Source: Octopus vulgaris (taxonomy: Eukaryota). Taken from it: a DNA stretch of 64,000 bases. The translations under genes and the position numbers were made by a program. The stretch covers positions 4,464,001-4,528,000 of the forward strand of contig OX597815.1 in NCBI GenBank assembly GCA_951406725.2. Direction: 5' to 3'. Under the pieces are notes generated by a model. The model was not told the origin of the DNA. It did not search any database and worked only from the letters and a program-made list of their open reading frames with translations. This document shows, piece by piece, positions 13,701 to 28,000 of the stretch (position 1 is its first letter; each line of letters opens with the position of its first letter).

Positions 13701-14504
13701 TAAAAACAGTTTTACATTAATCCTGATGAGTTACTCTATATTTTTGTAGAGTACAACTTTATTATTCTTTGTTCTTTATTATTATTCAACAACAAGAGTT
13801 TCTACCTACACCTTTCCTTCAGATTGAGCAGGGCCATCTACATATGTGTGTGTGTGTGTGTGTGTGTGATAAATTAAATATAGAGATATTCTATTGACAA
13901 TCCAATAATTTATTTATATTACAATATTACACTAAATACTATGAATATAATAATATAACATAACACAATATAAAAAAACTATGAAAGGCCAACAAATTGT
14001 TTTGACTTATATACATTTTTTCTGATATACATAATCACAGTTCCCTTATATGTAAAGTCACTTCAGGGTCATGGTTTAGAAAAATGTGTATGCATATATA
14101 TATATATATACGTGTAAGTAGAGAGTCAACTCCCAATCAAAAATTTAAAGTCTTTTGTCCTTAAAAAGCAATTCCAAGCCTATTATTTATCTCAAGATAG
14201 AAATGAAGAAGTTTTATCAAGATAGCAAAACAAAAAGGCATTAATAATAATAATAATAATAATAATCCTTTCTACTATAGGCACAAGGCCTGAAATATGG
14301 GGGAGGGATAAGTTGATTACATCAACCCCTAGTACGCAACTGGTACTTAATTTATTGACCCTGAACGGATGAAAGGCAAAGTCGACCTCGGCAGAATTTG
14401 AACTCAGGATGTAAAGACAGAAGAAATACCGTTAAGCATTTCTCCCAGCTCACCACTTCATAATAATAATAAGAAGAAGAAGAATTTCAAGAAGACTGTC
14501 TCTG

Positions 14505-14969
14505 TGAAAATTGGTAGCTCTTTCCGTGCTGTGGGCACGTAACAAACACCATCCGATCGTGGCCGTGCCAGCCTCGCCTGGCCTCCGTGCCGGTGGCACG
14601 TAAAAAACACCATCCGAGTGTGGCCGTTCGCCAACCTCGTCTGGCACCTGTGTCCGTGGCACATAAAAAAACACTATCCAAGCGTGGCCGTTCGCCAACC
14701 TCGTCTGGCACCTGTGTCCGTGGCACATGAAAAAACACCATCCCAGCGCGGGCGTCCGCCAGCCTCGTCTGGCACCTGTGTCGGTGGCACATAAAAAGCA
14801 CCCACTACACTCACGGAGTGGTTGGCGTTAGGAAGGGCATCCAGCTGTAGAAACACTGCCAGATCTGACTGAAGCCTGGTGCAGCCTTCTGGCTTCACAG
14901 ACCCCAGTTGAACCGTCCAACCCATGCTTGCATGGAAAGCGGACGTTAAACGATGATGATGATGATGAT
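14505..14969 (+). mobile_element. RTE-family 3'UTR copy with ~4 internal repeat units
   Basis: GGCACRTAAAAA.CACCATCC units, then the GGAAGGGCATCC core and a (GAT)n tail. Further copies include 16948-17385(-), 19672-19889(+), 25640-26030(-), 27934-28420(-), 30160-30450(+), 40620-41122(+), 41700-42164(+), 42595-42881(+), 44660-44920(-) and 62506-62760(-). Confidence 0.85.
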
Positions 14970-15326
14970 TTTCTTGTCAATGTAGATTGTCTCTAATCTT
15001 TATTCAAGATCTGGAGTCCTTTGTCTGCTGCAGCTTCAACCTGGCAGGACCCGTTTCGATTTAAGACAAAAACATTAAAATATCATCACAACTAATTGAT
15101 ATTTGCCATTATCTCATTAAAAGATTTTCTGTTTAATGTCCACCATTGTTCTTGTGGCTGTCAATTAACCTAGTCACGTGGCTTTCTTCCTCCTTTACCT
15201 CATCACTCATCCCAGGTTCTCTAGCAGTCCAGCATCTTTAGTTAGCTTCTCTCATCTTTCAAAGTTTGACATTTTGTGAGAAAAAGTGATCTTTTTTTTT
15301 TTTGCATTACATAAAAAAAAAAAATT

Positions 15327-15745
15327 GAGTGGCTGTGTGGTAAGTAGCTTGTTTACCAACCACATGGTTCCTGGTTCAGTCCCACTGCGTGGCATCTTGG
15401 GCAAGTGTCTTCTACTAGAGCCTTGGGCCGACCAGAGTCTTGTGAGTGGATTTGGTAGACGGAAACTGAAAGAAGCCCGTCGTATATATATATATATATA
15501 TATATATATAAGTATGTATATGCGTGTGTGTGTTTGTGTGTCTGTGTTTGTTCCCCTAGCATTGCTTGACAACCGATGCTGGTGTGTTTACGTCCCCGTT
15601 ACTTAGCGGTTCGGCAAAAGAGACCGATAGAATAAGTACTGGGCTTACAAAAAGAATAAGTCCCGGGGGGTCGAGTTGCTTGACTAAAAGGCAGTGCTCC
15701 AGCATGGCCGCAGTCAAATGACCGAAACAAGTAAAAGAGCAAAAA
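15327..15745 (+). mobile_element. tRNA-derived CORE-type SINE, full length
   Basis: A and B boxes, CTTGGGCAAGT, internal (TA)n(TG)n, AAACAAGTAAAAGAG tail. Confidence 0.85.
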
Positions 15746-16490
15746 GAGAGTAATAAAGCAGAACAAAAGATTTTTTTTTTTTAAATGATGGGGGGGGGTG
15801 CATGAAAAATTTATTACAATTTAAAACAAGAAATTGAATGTGATTTTCTAAATCCACCCCAGCCTTTGCTCCCCACCAACTTATGAATCTATAAACAAAA
15901 TGATCACAACAACATTATAGCCATAATCTGCTCCTCACCCGACAAGCACACAATCAACACATACACACACACACACACACATCCAATATGCACATGTACA
16001 TACGACACACACACACACACACACAGAGTTGTGATTTGCTGTGGGTATTAAATCAGTCCCCTCTCGATTGATCAGCCTGAAGTTATTAAAACGCTGCAGA
16101 TTGCCAACGGTTTTTGTGGCTGTGTGTTTGTGTTTGTCGGATGTTCAAAAGCTGTTTCATGCTGTTTATGTAATTCCATTCAATCAGAAAGGAAACTAAA
16201 CCAAACATTACGGCTGACCCCAGGGGGAGGGGGTGGGGGTTAGAGTAACCGAAAACATTATTTGCTGCCTTTTAATAATTCCTAGCATAGGCTCCAGTTC
16301 GTACCCCACCCCAACTCTACACCCCCCCCCCCCATGATCTGAGTGAGAGGCTCCGTAATGTGAGCTGTGTGGTGGAGAGGCACTGCTTTTCCTCCCAAGA
16401 CATAAATAAACAGTTACACAATTTGCAGATGATATTGACCCAGGACTTGGCAATTTGCTGAAAGGTGAAGCTGACCTCGGTAGGATTACA

Positions 16491-16526
<36 letters not shown>

Positions 16527-17627
16527 GTAGTGGCAGTGGTGGAAGAGTGCATTTCATTACGCCTTTACCATATTAACAAATTAAAGGAAAATGAAAAGTT
16601 AAAAACAACAGCATGCATGGCTGTGTGTTTTACAAGCTCCCTTCCTAATCATGCAGCTGTGAGTTCAATCCCAGGGTAAGCTTCCTAGCTCAAGCTGCAG
16701 TTAAACCAGTTCCCTGAGGGAAAATCTGTCTGTCTCTCTGTCAGTCCATCTACGTGACTACCCATCTACCCATCATGCTACCAGTCCATGTAGTGCTTTC
16801 TCCCTGTCTCTATCTCTCCTTCTTTATCTATCTACCTATCCCTTCCATCTATGGCTCTATTTAACTATTCACTCATCTTTTCTGTCTGTGTGTCTAGTTG
16901 TCTCTCACTGTATATATAACTTAGTGTAGTCCATTCAGACCAGGGTTTCATCATCATCATCATCATCGTTTAACGTCCGCTTTCCATGTTAGCATGGGTT
17001 GGACGGTTCAACTGGGGTCTGGGAAGCCCGAAGGCTGCACCAGGCTCCGGTCTTATCTGGCAGTGTTTCTACAGCTGGATGCCCTTCCTAACGCCAACCA
17101 CTCCGTGAGTGTAGTGGGTGCTTTTTATGTGCCACCGACACAGGTGCCAGACGAGGCTGGCAAACGGCCACACTCGGATGGTGTTTTTTACATGCCACCA
17201 GCACGGAGGCCAGGCGAGGCTGGCACGGCCACGATCGGATGGTGTTTGTTATGTGCCACCAGCACGGACGCCAGTCAATGCGGTACTGGCTACGGCCACG
17301 TTCGGATGGTTTTCTTATGTGCCACCGGCACTGGTACCACAAAACTACAAATTCCATTTGATGTTCATCGATTTCCATTTGCACCAAAATCTCTAAAGTC
17401 TTGAAAAGATCATAGTTAAGCCATAAAATATACTTGATTAAGTATTTGTTTACATCTCTCTCACTTCCAAGTTCAAATCTCACCAAGTTTGACTACGTCT
17501 TTCATTTCCACATATCCTGGGGCACAATTAAATACCATTCAAGATTGTGTGTCAACTACGCCTCACCCTTCCTTCAATTTTGTGACCTTGTGGTAAAAAC
17601 AGAAATAAATTTAGAACAACTTCAAAT

Positions 17628-19248
17628 CCATGGTTCTCGATTATTTATTAATTATGGACCCCTTCGCTTAATGTTTCGTTCTGGTGGTCTCCTTCAGTTA
17701 CTGTTTCATTCCAGTGGACCCCTGTTGTCGGTCAAGGTTTTAAAATGAGTTTTATAGATACCTCTGTAGCAATAACCATCTTAGCCATTTTGAAATGTGG
17801 CACGAATTGGCAATATGACGTAATGTCGTATTGCCGAAGAATTATCATTTTCGTTTTTTTTCCATTGGTTAATATAACTGCTCATATAAAGATTCTAGAA
17901 GTTTCGAAAAGAATTTTTTTTTTTTTTTTTTTTTTGTACTTGTTTCAGTCTGCGGCCATGCTGGAGCACCGCCTTTAGAGTGGTGAAAGAGTACAGCAGG
18001 GATCACCACCTCCTGCCGGAGCCTCGTGGAGCTTTTAGGTGTTTTTTTCGCTCAATAAACACACACAACGCCCGGTCTGGGAATCGAAACCGCGATCCTC
18101 CGACCGCAAGTCCGCTGCCCTAACCACTAGGCCATTGCGCCTATGTCAGGGATTTCGATTCTTTTTAAGTCAAGTGAGCAGTTATAAAAACTCTGGATTT
18201 TGGAAAATATTTCAGTGTTCGTTGGTGTCACGGAACTCCACGGAACTCACTCTTTTGGAGACATCGGTAATTTTTATGCCATGTCTAAGTTAATCGCAAA
18301 TCTATTTTGATTTGTTGGTTAATGTATTAGATAGAAAGAAGAAATTAGCTAAGGAATTTATAGTTGTTTTTCTTCACGACAAAGTTATCTTTCTTACTGT
18401 AAATAATATAAAATGTTATATTTGTATAATAAAAATAATCAAAAAGAATTGTTTCTCTTCACGTTTGTTTTTCAACTGAGCATAGATAAATATGTATTTC
18501 TGTAATCTTTGTTTTATGTTTCTTATAGCGGTTTAAAGGACACGATTAAAATATTCAACATACATCTCAATATAGTGTTCCATGTCTATATGATGTTATA
18601 ACTGTAGTTAGGGTTTTTAGGTATAATGATAACACTTGAGTATAAGTGACGTTGAATCATTATATTCTCCCTTACTCAGAGAAAAGACAAATAAAATAAT
18701 ATAAGAAAGCTTAAGGTAGAATAAACCGAAAACCGCCGTAGGAAAACCTCTTTCAAAATTACTATTTTGTTACTCCGCCTTACCGGCTCTTGAAAAACAA
18801 CATTTGAGCATGGTCATTGCCGGTGCTGCCAGACTGGCTCCCATGCAGGTGGCACATCAAACACCTTTTGAGCGTGGTCATTGCCAGGATAGCCTGACTG
18901 GCCCTCGTGCTAGTGGCACATAAAAAGCACCCATTACACTATCGGAGTGGTTGGCGTTAGGAAGGGCATCCAGCTGTAGAAACTTTGCCAGATCAGATTG
19001 GAGCCTGGTGCAGACATCTGGCTTGCCAGTCCTCAGTCAAACAACCCAACCCATGCCAGCATGGAACTTGTACCTGTAAAATGTGAACTATGTAAAATGT
19101 TAGAGAAAGAAACCTGTTTCTTGCAATGAATATATATTTAAGGCAAAATTTTCTCATGGGCCCTCAAAGTACTTGTGAAGCCCTAATTTACTGCTTTGCT
19201 TGCATGAACCCCCAAGAATCTTACTTGGACCCTGGTTGATAACCAATG
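17628..19248. mobile_element. Possible old hAT-type non-autonomous element with nested SINE and RTE insertions
   Basis: Degenerate termini CCATGGTTCTCGA / GGTTGATAACCAATG resemble the CAGTGGTTC.CAACC TIR at 24724; 8-bp flanks CTTCAAAT and CTTTAAAG match at 6/8. Confidence 0.35.
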
Positions 19249-19340
19249 CTTTAAAGGAGAGGGAGAGAGAAAAAAAAAAACAAAGAATGACATAGAAGGA
19301 AACCTCCAATATACATATTTCTATTGTTTTCTCATTTCAG

Positions 19341-19402
19341 GTAAACAATCTGACAGCCTCTCTAGAAAAACCAAGGATGCGTATGTCAAAGGTCATTGAA
19401 AG
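19341..19402 (+). CDS. R7-family RGS protein, exon encoding the N-terminal half of the GGL domain (VNNLTASLEKPRMRMSKVIES)
   Basis: TTTTCTCATTTCAG acceptor and AG|GTAATC donor; 62 nt; resembles RGS6/7 ...LDRHRLKMSKVADS; joins in frame to 33693. Confidence 0.85.
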
Positions 19403-20896
19403 GTAATCTTCTTACTATACCTGTCTATCTTAGTGGTTGTTGTTTAACTCATACATATGCATGATTCGTTATGATAGATCACTAACCACTAAAACTTTTT
19501 TCTATTTTTCTCTCCCTGTTTATTTCTGTGTTCTTGTCAAAGAGCATAGGCTCGAAACATAAAAGACTTTCTCACCTCCTGAGTGTGAAACTAATACATC
19601 TGTTTGTTGTTTACACACCCATCTTCGTCTTTTGTGTTTTTTTGTAAATTCTTACTATATACACACACAATACGTTTGCCAGACTCGTCTGGCACCTGTG
19701 CCGGTGGCACGTAAAAAGCACCCACTACACTCATGGAGTGGTTGGCATTAGGAAGGGCATCCAGCCGTAGAAACATTGCCAGATCAGACTGGGCCTTTTG
19801 CAGCCTTCTGGCTTCCCAGACCCCAGTTGAACCGTCCAACCCATGCCAGCATGGAAAGCGGACTCTAAACGATGATGATGATGATGATGAATACCTATGT
19901 TTCCTTGTTTAAAAGACACACATCATTTTAATGTCCACTTTTCCATGCTTGCATGGGTTGGATGGAATTGAGGCAGAATTTTCTATAGCCTGATGCTTTT
20001 CCTGTTGCTAAACTTCACCTGTTTCCAAGGTAATATTTCAACACGGTCAGAAATATTTTCAGGTGAGATTTGGAACAAATGACACCATTTGTATAACAGT
20101 GGCACATGATGAAAAGGCAAGGAAACACTAACAAGCACTGGTGATGGTGCCACAGAAAAAGCACCAGTGCTGGTGGCACATAAAGAGCACTGGTGCTGGT
20201 GTCACATATAAATCCCTGGGGCAGGTTCCACATAAAAAGCATTCAGTACACTCTGGACAGTGGCTGACATTAAAAAGGGCATCCGCTATAGGAACCAAGC
20301 CAAAACAGACAATCCGAATGTGGCGCAGCTCCTGGCCTTGCCAGCATGGGAAATGGATATTAAACGATGATGTTGCACCCACGACACACAATTGGAAAAA
20401 ACTGGAAGAAATGCTGCTAAACATTTCTGTCCAGCACAGTAACAATTCTGCCAGCTCAATGCTTGTAATAGAAATAAAAGGTAGAAAGTTAGAATATAGG
20501 TACAGGAGTGGCTGTGTGGTAAGATGCTTGCTTCCCAACCGCATGGTACCGGGTTCAGTCCCACTGTGCGGCACCCTGGGCAAGTGGATTTGTTAGGTGG
20601 AAACTGAAAGAAGCTTGTCATGTGTGTGTGTATGTGTGTGTGTATTTGTGTGTCTATGCTTGTCCCTCCCCCACCATCGCTTGACAACTGATGTTGGCAT
20701 GTTTACATCTCTGTAACTTAGCAGTTCGACAAAAGAAACCGATAGAATAAGTACTAGGCTAACAAAGAGTAAGTCCTGGGGGGGGGGGGGTCGATTTGTT
20801 CGATTAAAAGCAGTGCTCCAGCATGGCTACAGTCAAATGGCTGAAACAAGTATAAAGAATAAAAAAAAGGAAAAAGAATAGAATATTAAAGACAGA

Positions 20897-21053
20897 GGAG
20901 TGGCTGTGTGGTAAGTAGCTTGCTAACCAACCACATGGTTCCGGGTTCAGTCCCACTGCGTGGCATCTTGGGCAAGTGTCTTCTGCTATAGCCCCGGGCC
21001 GACCAATGCCGTGTGAGTGGATTTGGTAGACGGAAACTGAAAGAAGCCTGTTG

Positions 21054-21086
<33 letters not shown>

Positions 21087-21295
21087 TTGTGTGTGTCCCC
21101 CTAGCATTGCTTGACAACCGATGCTGGTGTGTTTATGTCCCCGTAACTTAGCGGTTTGGCAAAAGAGACCGATAGAATAAGTACTGGGCTTACAAAAGAA
21201 TATGTCCCGGGGTCGATTTGCTCGACTAAAGGTGGTGCTCCAGCATGGCCACAGTCAAATGACTGAAACAAGTAAAAGAGAGAGAGTAAAGAGAG
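20897..21295 (+). mobile_element. tRNA-derived CORE-type SINE (reference copy); neighbours 20503-20880(+) and 21343-21795(-)
   Basis: GGAGTGGCTGTGTGG (A box), GGTTCAGTCCC (B box), CORE-like segment, simple-repeat middle, 3' tail. Other copies include 31027-31390(-), 32166-32488(+), 36915-37281(-), 38817-39160(+), 45858-46235(+) and 63815-64000(+). Confidence 0.85.
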
Positions 21296-21541
21296 TATAT
21301 GTATATAGCTTCCCCACTCCCATTTCCATCATACTGTTTTACAGGTTTCAGTCATTTGACTGAGGCCATGCTGGAGCACCACCTTTAGTTCAGCAAATCG
21401 ACCCCAAGACTTATTCTATGTAAGCCTAGTAGTTACTCTATCAGTCCCTTTTGCCAAGCCGCTAAGTTATGGGGACGTAAACACACCAGCATCGGTTGTC
21501 AAGTGATGTTGTGGGAGACAAACATAGACACACAAACACAT

Positions 21542-21582
<41 letters not shown>

Positions 21583-23046
21583 TATATATATATATACACA
21601 CAATATACGATGATAATGATGATGATACACACATATATATATATGACGGGCTTCTTTCAGTTTCCGTCTACCAAATCCACTCACAAGACTTTGGTCGGCC
21701 CGAGGCTATAGCAGAAGACACTTGCCCAAGGTACTACGCAGTGGGACTGAAGCCGGAACCATATGGTTCGTAAGCAAGCTACTTACCACACAGCCTACGT
21801 CATCATGTTTTCACATCCGTTTTTTTTCTGTTTGCGTTGATTGGCCAGGTTTTCTCCTGTACTGCAGCTCGCCACTTGCTACGGTTGTTTGTCGTCTCCT
21901 TCGTTAGGTTCAACCTCGTCAGTTATTTATTAGAAGTCATTAATGGCTAGTTTAGTTGGGGGTATGTTTTTTCTCTCTCCTTTTCTTTTCTTCTTATTTT
22001 TTTTCCTCCTTCTGTGACCACTTGTAGAAATTAGACAACTCATTAAGTGGATTCCACTAACGAAAACAGAGGAAATACAGTTTGAAAGGGCAGAATATTA
22101 TTATCATCATCATCATCATCATAACTTTTCACTCATTATCAATGGTAAATTAGCTTGTAGGACGCTGAAATGTTATTTCAGCACTTGTGAATTCAGTAAA
22201 AGTGTTCCTGCCATAATAATAGTAATAATAATAATAAATTCGGTATAAAAAAAAAATTCAGAAACAAAAGTAAAAATAAGAAGATGGTAGAATTGAGTTG
22301 AGATTTACCGTATTCCATGGCCGTCTTTCTTCTTGTAAACGCCAGTTCCTTTCTTTTCTTCAAGAGCTTGTTAGAAACACACACACGCACGCACACAAAC
22401 ACACAGTTATATAGAAAACATAAAAGTAAAAGAGCCGGATTTAATTTGAAATGGAAATTCCATCTTCGAGGATAAAAAGGTATGGAAATGGCTGCTTCTG
22501 TCTTGTATCTTGTTTCTTTGTCCTTTCTAATGTAAAGAATGTGTGTTGACATGCTAATACATAAACCATTATGGATATATGTATACACGTGTGTATGTGT
22601 GTGTAAGTGGCCGTAGATATACGTATACATGTAACAGTGTAAGTTTGTGTATATAAATATATAGATATTTGTAAGCAGGCGTGGCTGGGTGGTTGAGAAG
22701 TTTGCTTCCTAATCACATGGTCCCAGGTTCAGTTCCACTACGTGGCACCTTGGGCAAGTGTCTTCTACTATAGCCCCAAGTCAACCAAAGCTTTGTGAGT
22801 GGTGATGTATGTAGATGCATGAATATAGGTTTCTTCATCGTTTAACGTCTGCCTTCCGTGCTAGCATGGGTGGGATGGTACCACAAGAGCCAGCCAGGCA
22901 GAAGCCTGAACCAGACTTCTGTGACTATTTTGGCAGGATTTTTACAGCTGGATGCAATTCCAAACACCAACCACTCAGCAGAGTGGACTTACTGCTTTTT
23001 ACATGGAACAAGAACAGGTGAGGTCAGTTTTGGCAAAATTCTTAGG

Positions 23047-23120
<74 letters not shown>

Positions 23121-23343
23121 CAAGATAAGGGCAGAAGAAAAATTCTAATGCCAGATACGCCGAAACAAAAAATTGTCGATAACCATTAAATTTATGCGTC
23201 TCGAAACAAACCGATAGAAATCTCTAAAAAATTCTTCTGCCCTTATCTTGTAAATTATGTATAAATTTTACCTTTAAAGGCATTTTTTGATATGCTGGCC
23301 ATTGATAAAAAATTTTTTCCCGAAAAAATTTTTATCCTATATC

Positions 23344-23397
<54 letters not shown>

Positions 23398-24723
23398 GAA
23401 GATTTGTGTGTATAAATACCTGTTTACATAAATGCATGTTAGTGTATATGCTTTTAAATTAATATATGTTTGTAGATATATGCATATGTGTGTGTGTGTT
23501 GTATGTTCTCTTCTGTTTTTAATTATTTGAAGTCCTCCTGTAAGGAAGGAGTTGGTTTCTAATAAAGCTATAAAATTCCATCGTTGGAATGTAGATAACA
23601 AAGACAATGTCACATGCTGAACTTCAGAATAGTCTTGTATATTTTTACTGTTCTATTTACAGATTGTATTTGTAATGAAATGTTAGCTGGTTGATTTCTT
23701 TTTCTGACAACCTCAGCTCATCCAGATTGTCGCTTAGGCATTCACGAACAAAACAAAGTGCGCAAATTATTATTGGTGCAAATGTAAATTTATAATCTGA
23801 ATATAGAAGCTGGAAGTTTCAAAGCAATTGTCTGTAGTTATCCTGTTTCTTTATGATTTTCAAAGCAATATTCCATTTGATTTTTATTTTGATGTTGGTA
23901 TTGACGTACTTGACTCAATAGTTCTCCTCAAGAATAGCGGGTCACTCTACGATCCAAGGTTAGCACAGCAGGCCATCCTGCGAGCCATGAACTCACTTCA
24001 TTTGTCGGGTCTTCACAGTCACAGCATATCTCAGGGGTTTCAGTCTCCGTCATGTCCACTGTGAGGCCCTACCTACCACCGGCACGGGTATCACAACTAC
24101 AATATCTATACGAGTTGGGTATAGAAATTGACGACATGCTTTGAGAATCTCGTTTTTACCAAATTCGATGGGTCTCCTTGAGCACAGAAAATCACCACTT
24201 TCTTTCATGTATCTATTACCACTTCCCCATCCATGACCCACTCCTATTTCCCTTCCACTACCCACAAACTGAGATTCGCAGCTTCCACTTTTGTCCTCAT
24301 CTCTACTCTCTGTTGTTCTTCCACACTCTCATGGTCCTACCTCTCCATCCTGCCACCCTCAGTTCTGTGTCCCAGTTCTCTCTCTCTCTCTCTCTCTATC
24401 CATTTCTTGTACCTCGAGGGTAGGCCCTGATACCATCATCACCACCACCACCACCATCATCATTTCTCCCTTTCCTGCTTGGTTACTCGAGTATTTCCTC
24501 TACAGCAAGACACCTATCCCAGTCCCATATTCCTACACCTGTCACAAAGCCACCTCCCTCAATACTGCACTCCCACTCTGTCAAGGGGTCTCATCTTGTG
24601 AATCACTTGGTGATATCACTACTGCTAATGACACATAAAAAGCCCCCAGTCAACACTGTAAAGTGGGTGGTGCGAGGAAGGGCATCCAGCTGTAGAAACC
24701 TTGCCAAACCAGACACTGTATAC

Positions 24724-25080
24724 CAGTGGTTCCCAACCTAGGGTCTGCGGACCTCTAGTGGTCCACAAAAACAGTACTGAAGGTCCGTAAATCAAATTCA
24801 ATCACTAGCCACTAAACCTTTTTCTATTTTCTCTCCCTGTTTATTTCTGTGTTCCTTTCCGTCGAAGAGCGTAGGCTCGAAATGTAAAAAGACTTTCTCA
24901 CTTCCTGAGCATTAAACTAATACATCTGTTTGTTGTCTACACATCCGTCTTCATCTTTTGTTAATATTTTTGTAAATTCCAACTATATATATAAAGATAA
25001 GCACAGCAAAAGGGGTCCATGGGGAAAATCATTCAAATAGAAGGGTTGAGAACCACTGTGAAAAGGTTGGGGGGCCACTG
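24724..25080. mobile_element. hAT (Charlie-like) MITE
   Basis: TIR CAGTGGTTCCCAACCT / AGGTTGGGGGGCCACTG, with a second internal TIR-like end GGTTGAGAACCACTG at 25044-25058; 8-bp TSD CTGTATAC / CTGTATAG with central TA. Confidence 0.75.
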
Positions 25081-28000
25081 CTGTATAGCAACAAAGCCCT
25101 CAGCCTTGCCAGAACCTGTCAAACCATCCAACTCATACCAGCATGGAACACAGACGTTAAATGATAACAGACACCTCTGACAATAAATATAAAAATTTTG
25201 ATAATTATGTGTGTGTGAATATACATGCATCATTACCATCATCATCATCAATCATTTTGCAACAGGAAGCCTAGACTTTTCCAATGAAATGTTACCCATG
25301 ATGTGATAGCAGCTTGCTTTTGAGGTTTCCTTTCTCTGATTTGTTGGTTTTACTGGATTCTCACACACAAACATCCTTGTGCAAAATACATACATACATA
25401 ATTTTAGGTTGTATGGAACACAAATAGCCTAGGGAGACATGCATATAAAATCACACACAGATAATCATATAATGCCTACAGGCATTCAGATGATGTTTAG
25501 CTGATTTTAAAGACAGGCTGCCTTTATACACTCACACAGATGCAAGCATTCTGATATGTTTTCTAGCAAAAACGGTAATACCAACTGAATTTTGAAAGCA
25601 TCAACAATGTCAGTCTGAACTGAATGATGGAGTATGATCATGATCATCATCATCGTTTAACGTCTGCTTAACATGCTGCCATGGGTTTGACAGAGGACTG
25701 TTTGACAGAGGACTGGTGAGCCAGAAGGCTGCACCAGGCTCCAATCTGATCTGGCAAAATTTCTACAGCTGGATGCCCTTCCTTACGCCAACCACTCTGC
25801 GAATGTAGTGGGTGCTTTTGTGTGTCACCGAGGCACAAGGCCAGTCAGGAGGTACTGGCAACGACCATGCTCAAAAGGTGTTTTTTATGTGCCACCTGCA
25901 TGGGAGCCAGTCCAGCGGCACTGGCAATGACCACACTCACATGTTCTTTTTCACATGCCACCAGCATGTGTGCCAATAAGGCAATGCTGGCAATGATCAC
26001 AGTCATTGTCTTCATGAGGTTCAATACTCAAAAAGGACTCAGCCATTTGGCCCAGCGCTTGAAAGGAACTTGGCCACCTCACCTCCATGTGCCCAAATGC
26101 TCGAAAGGTACTTGGCCACCTCGCCTCTGTGAGCTCCAGGAACTCGGCCACCTTGCCTCCGTGAATCCCAATGCTCGAAAGGAACTCTGCCTCTTTGCCT
26201 CTGTCATTATTTAAAACACAAGAACGGCTGTTAAAGATGCTTGCTTTGAGTTTTATGGTTCCAGGTTCAGTCCCTCTACATGGCACTTTGGGCCAACCAA
26301 TGACTGTGAGTTTGGTGGATGGAAACTATGTTGAAGCCCATTATATATATATGTGTGTGTGTGTGTGTGTGAGTCTTTACATCTGTGTTTGTCCCCACCT
26401 CTCATCAACTGACAACCACTGTTGGTTTGTTTATGACCCTGTAATTAAGCAGTTGGGTGAAAGAAGCCAGTAGAGTATCAGATTTGGGAAATTGAATACT
26501 GGAGGGAGTGAAATCATTCAAAGTGGTGCTCCAGTTCAATGATTGAAAGAAGTAGAAGATAAAAAAATAAATAAAATATAACCTTTAATTTTTACCACAG
26601 AAAATTCCAAATGTGGAAACTCAGAAATCAGAAACTAGTAAAGCTGTATTAATGCTTAAATTTAATTGGTTTTCTGTTATGTTTAAATTTCTTGCCAGCG
26701 AGGGGTGGGGGGTGGAGTCAACTTCAATTATAACTATACTCTATTTCATGTATTGAGTACTCATCACTGTTTATACTACTACTTATGCTGCTGCTACTTG
26801 TGAACATATTGAGGGAGACTGAAGTAGTGGGAAAAATTGATTAGATCTGATCTCATGACGCTGGGTTTCACAGAAAGAGATGACAAAGAACCATAAGTGG
26901 TGAGATTCTGTGCTGATACGGACCTAGTCGACCCGCAACAAGGATGTAAGCATGATGACGAAGAACATGTATTTTAAGTTGTACTAAAGTTGTTCATCGT
27001 TTTAACTTCAAAGAAACGGAAAACAAAATATTTAAAATTTAGTTCAATCTAGCATTTATACGTGTGTATGTGTGTGCATATATTAGGACACCCGCCCTAT
27101 ATACACACATGTGACTGCATGTATGTTTTTATGGTTATGTATGTATTTGTGTGTGTGTGTGTGTGAGCATGGACATACCAATGCGTTTGCTGATATAAAG
27201 TCAGTGATTGATGTATAGCAGATGACATGATACATTACCTAATCGTACGAACCCACGCCGCTCCATGTAGCATACACTCCCACCTACAATGTTTCTATAT
27301 GAATTGATGACAAGAGTGTCTGTCAATGAGCTAATTGTTAAAAGAGGAAGCAGCTGTCTTAATTAGATTCACTTAAATAATTGCTATCCCAAGTACAGGA
27401 CATTAAAATCGTTCTCCTTCTTTGCCCAGCCACTTATTCCGGCTACGTAACCTGACCTCTCAGAATTCTTGTCTACAACCATTGCTTTATTTAGTTATTC
27501 AACATACTAGATATAGCAGCCAAATCTCCCTCGAAGCATATCTTACAAGTAGTCCCAGATGAGGTGGGCATAGCTGAAAGGATGCTTTTGGTCAAGGCAT
27601 GGATCTGCACGTTCAGGTTTCATTCAGCATTACACAACATTCAATCATGCAGTATGAAGTTTGCTTCCCAACCACATGGTTCCGGGTTCAGTCCCACTGT
27701 GTGACACCTTGGGCAAGTGCCTTCTACTTTAGCCTTGAGCCGACCAAAGCCTTGTGAGTGCATTTGGTAGATGAAAACTTCTACACCACCACTAAAAACG
27801 TGTGTCCTTTGTCAAGAGCAGGGCTCGTTAGTCGCCAACATAGCCATAAGGCAGTCTTGAGTGCAAAATGTTCCTAAAGGTCAGTAATGGTTTTCCTTGG
27901 TCGTGAGTGGACAGCCATCATCATGTATGTTTATCATCATCATTGTCGTTTAAAGTCCACTTTCCATGTTGTCATGGGGTGGACAGTTTGACTGAGGACT

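Noticed and set aside
13720-13760. CTGATGAG followed by an ACTCTA/TAGAGT hairpin, hammerhead-like
   Set aside because: No GAAA after stem II and no clear stems I/III.
20897-20965. tRNA genes at SINE heads (also 2922-2995 and 44365-44454)
   Set aside because: A and B boxes are present but there is no convincing cloverleaf, and each is attached to a SINE body and tail.
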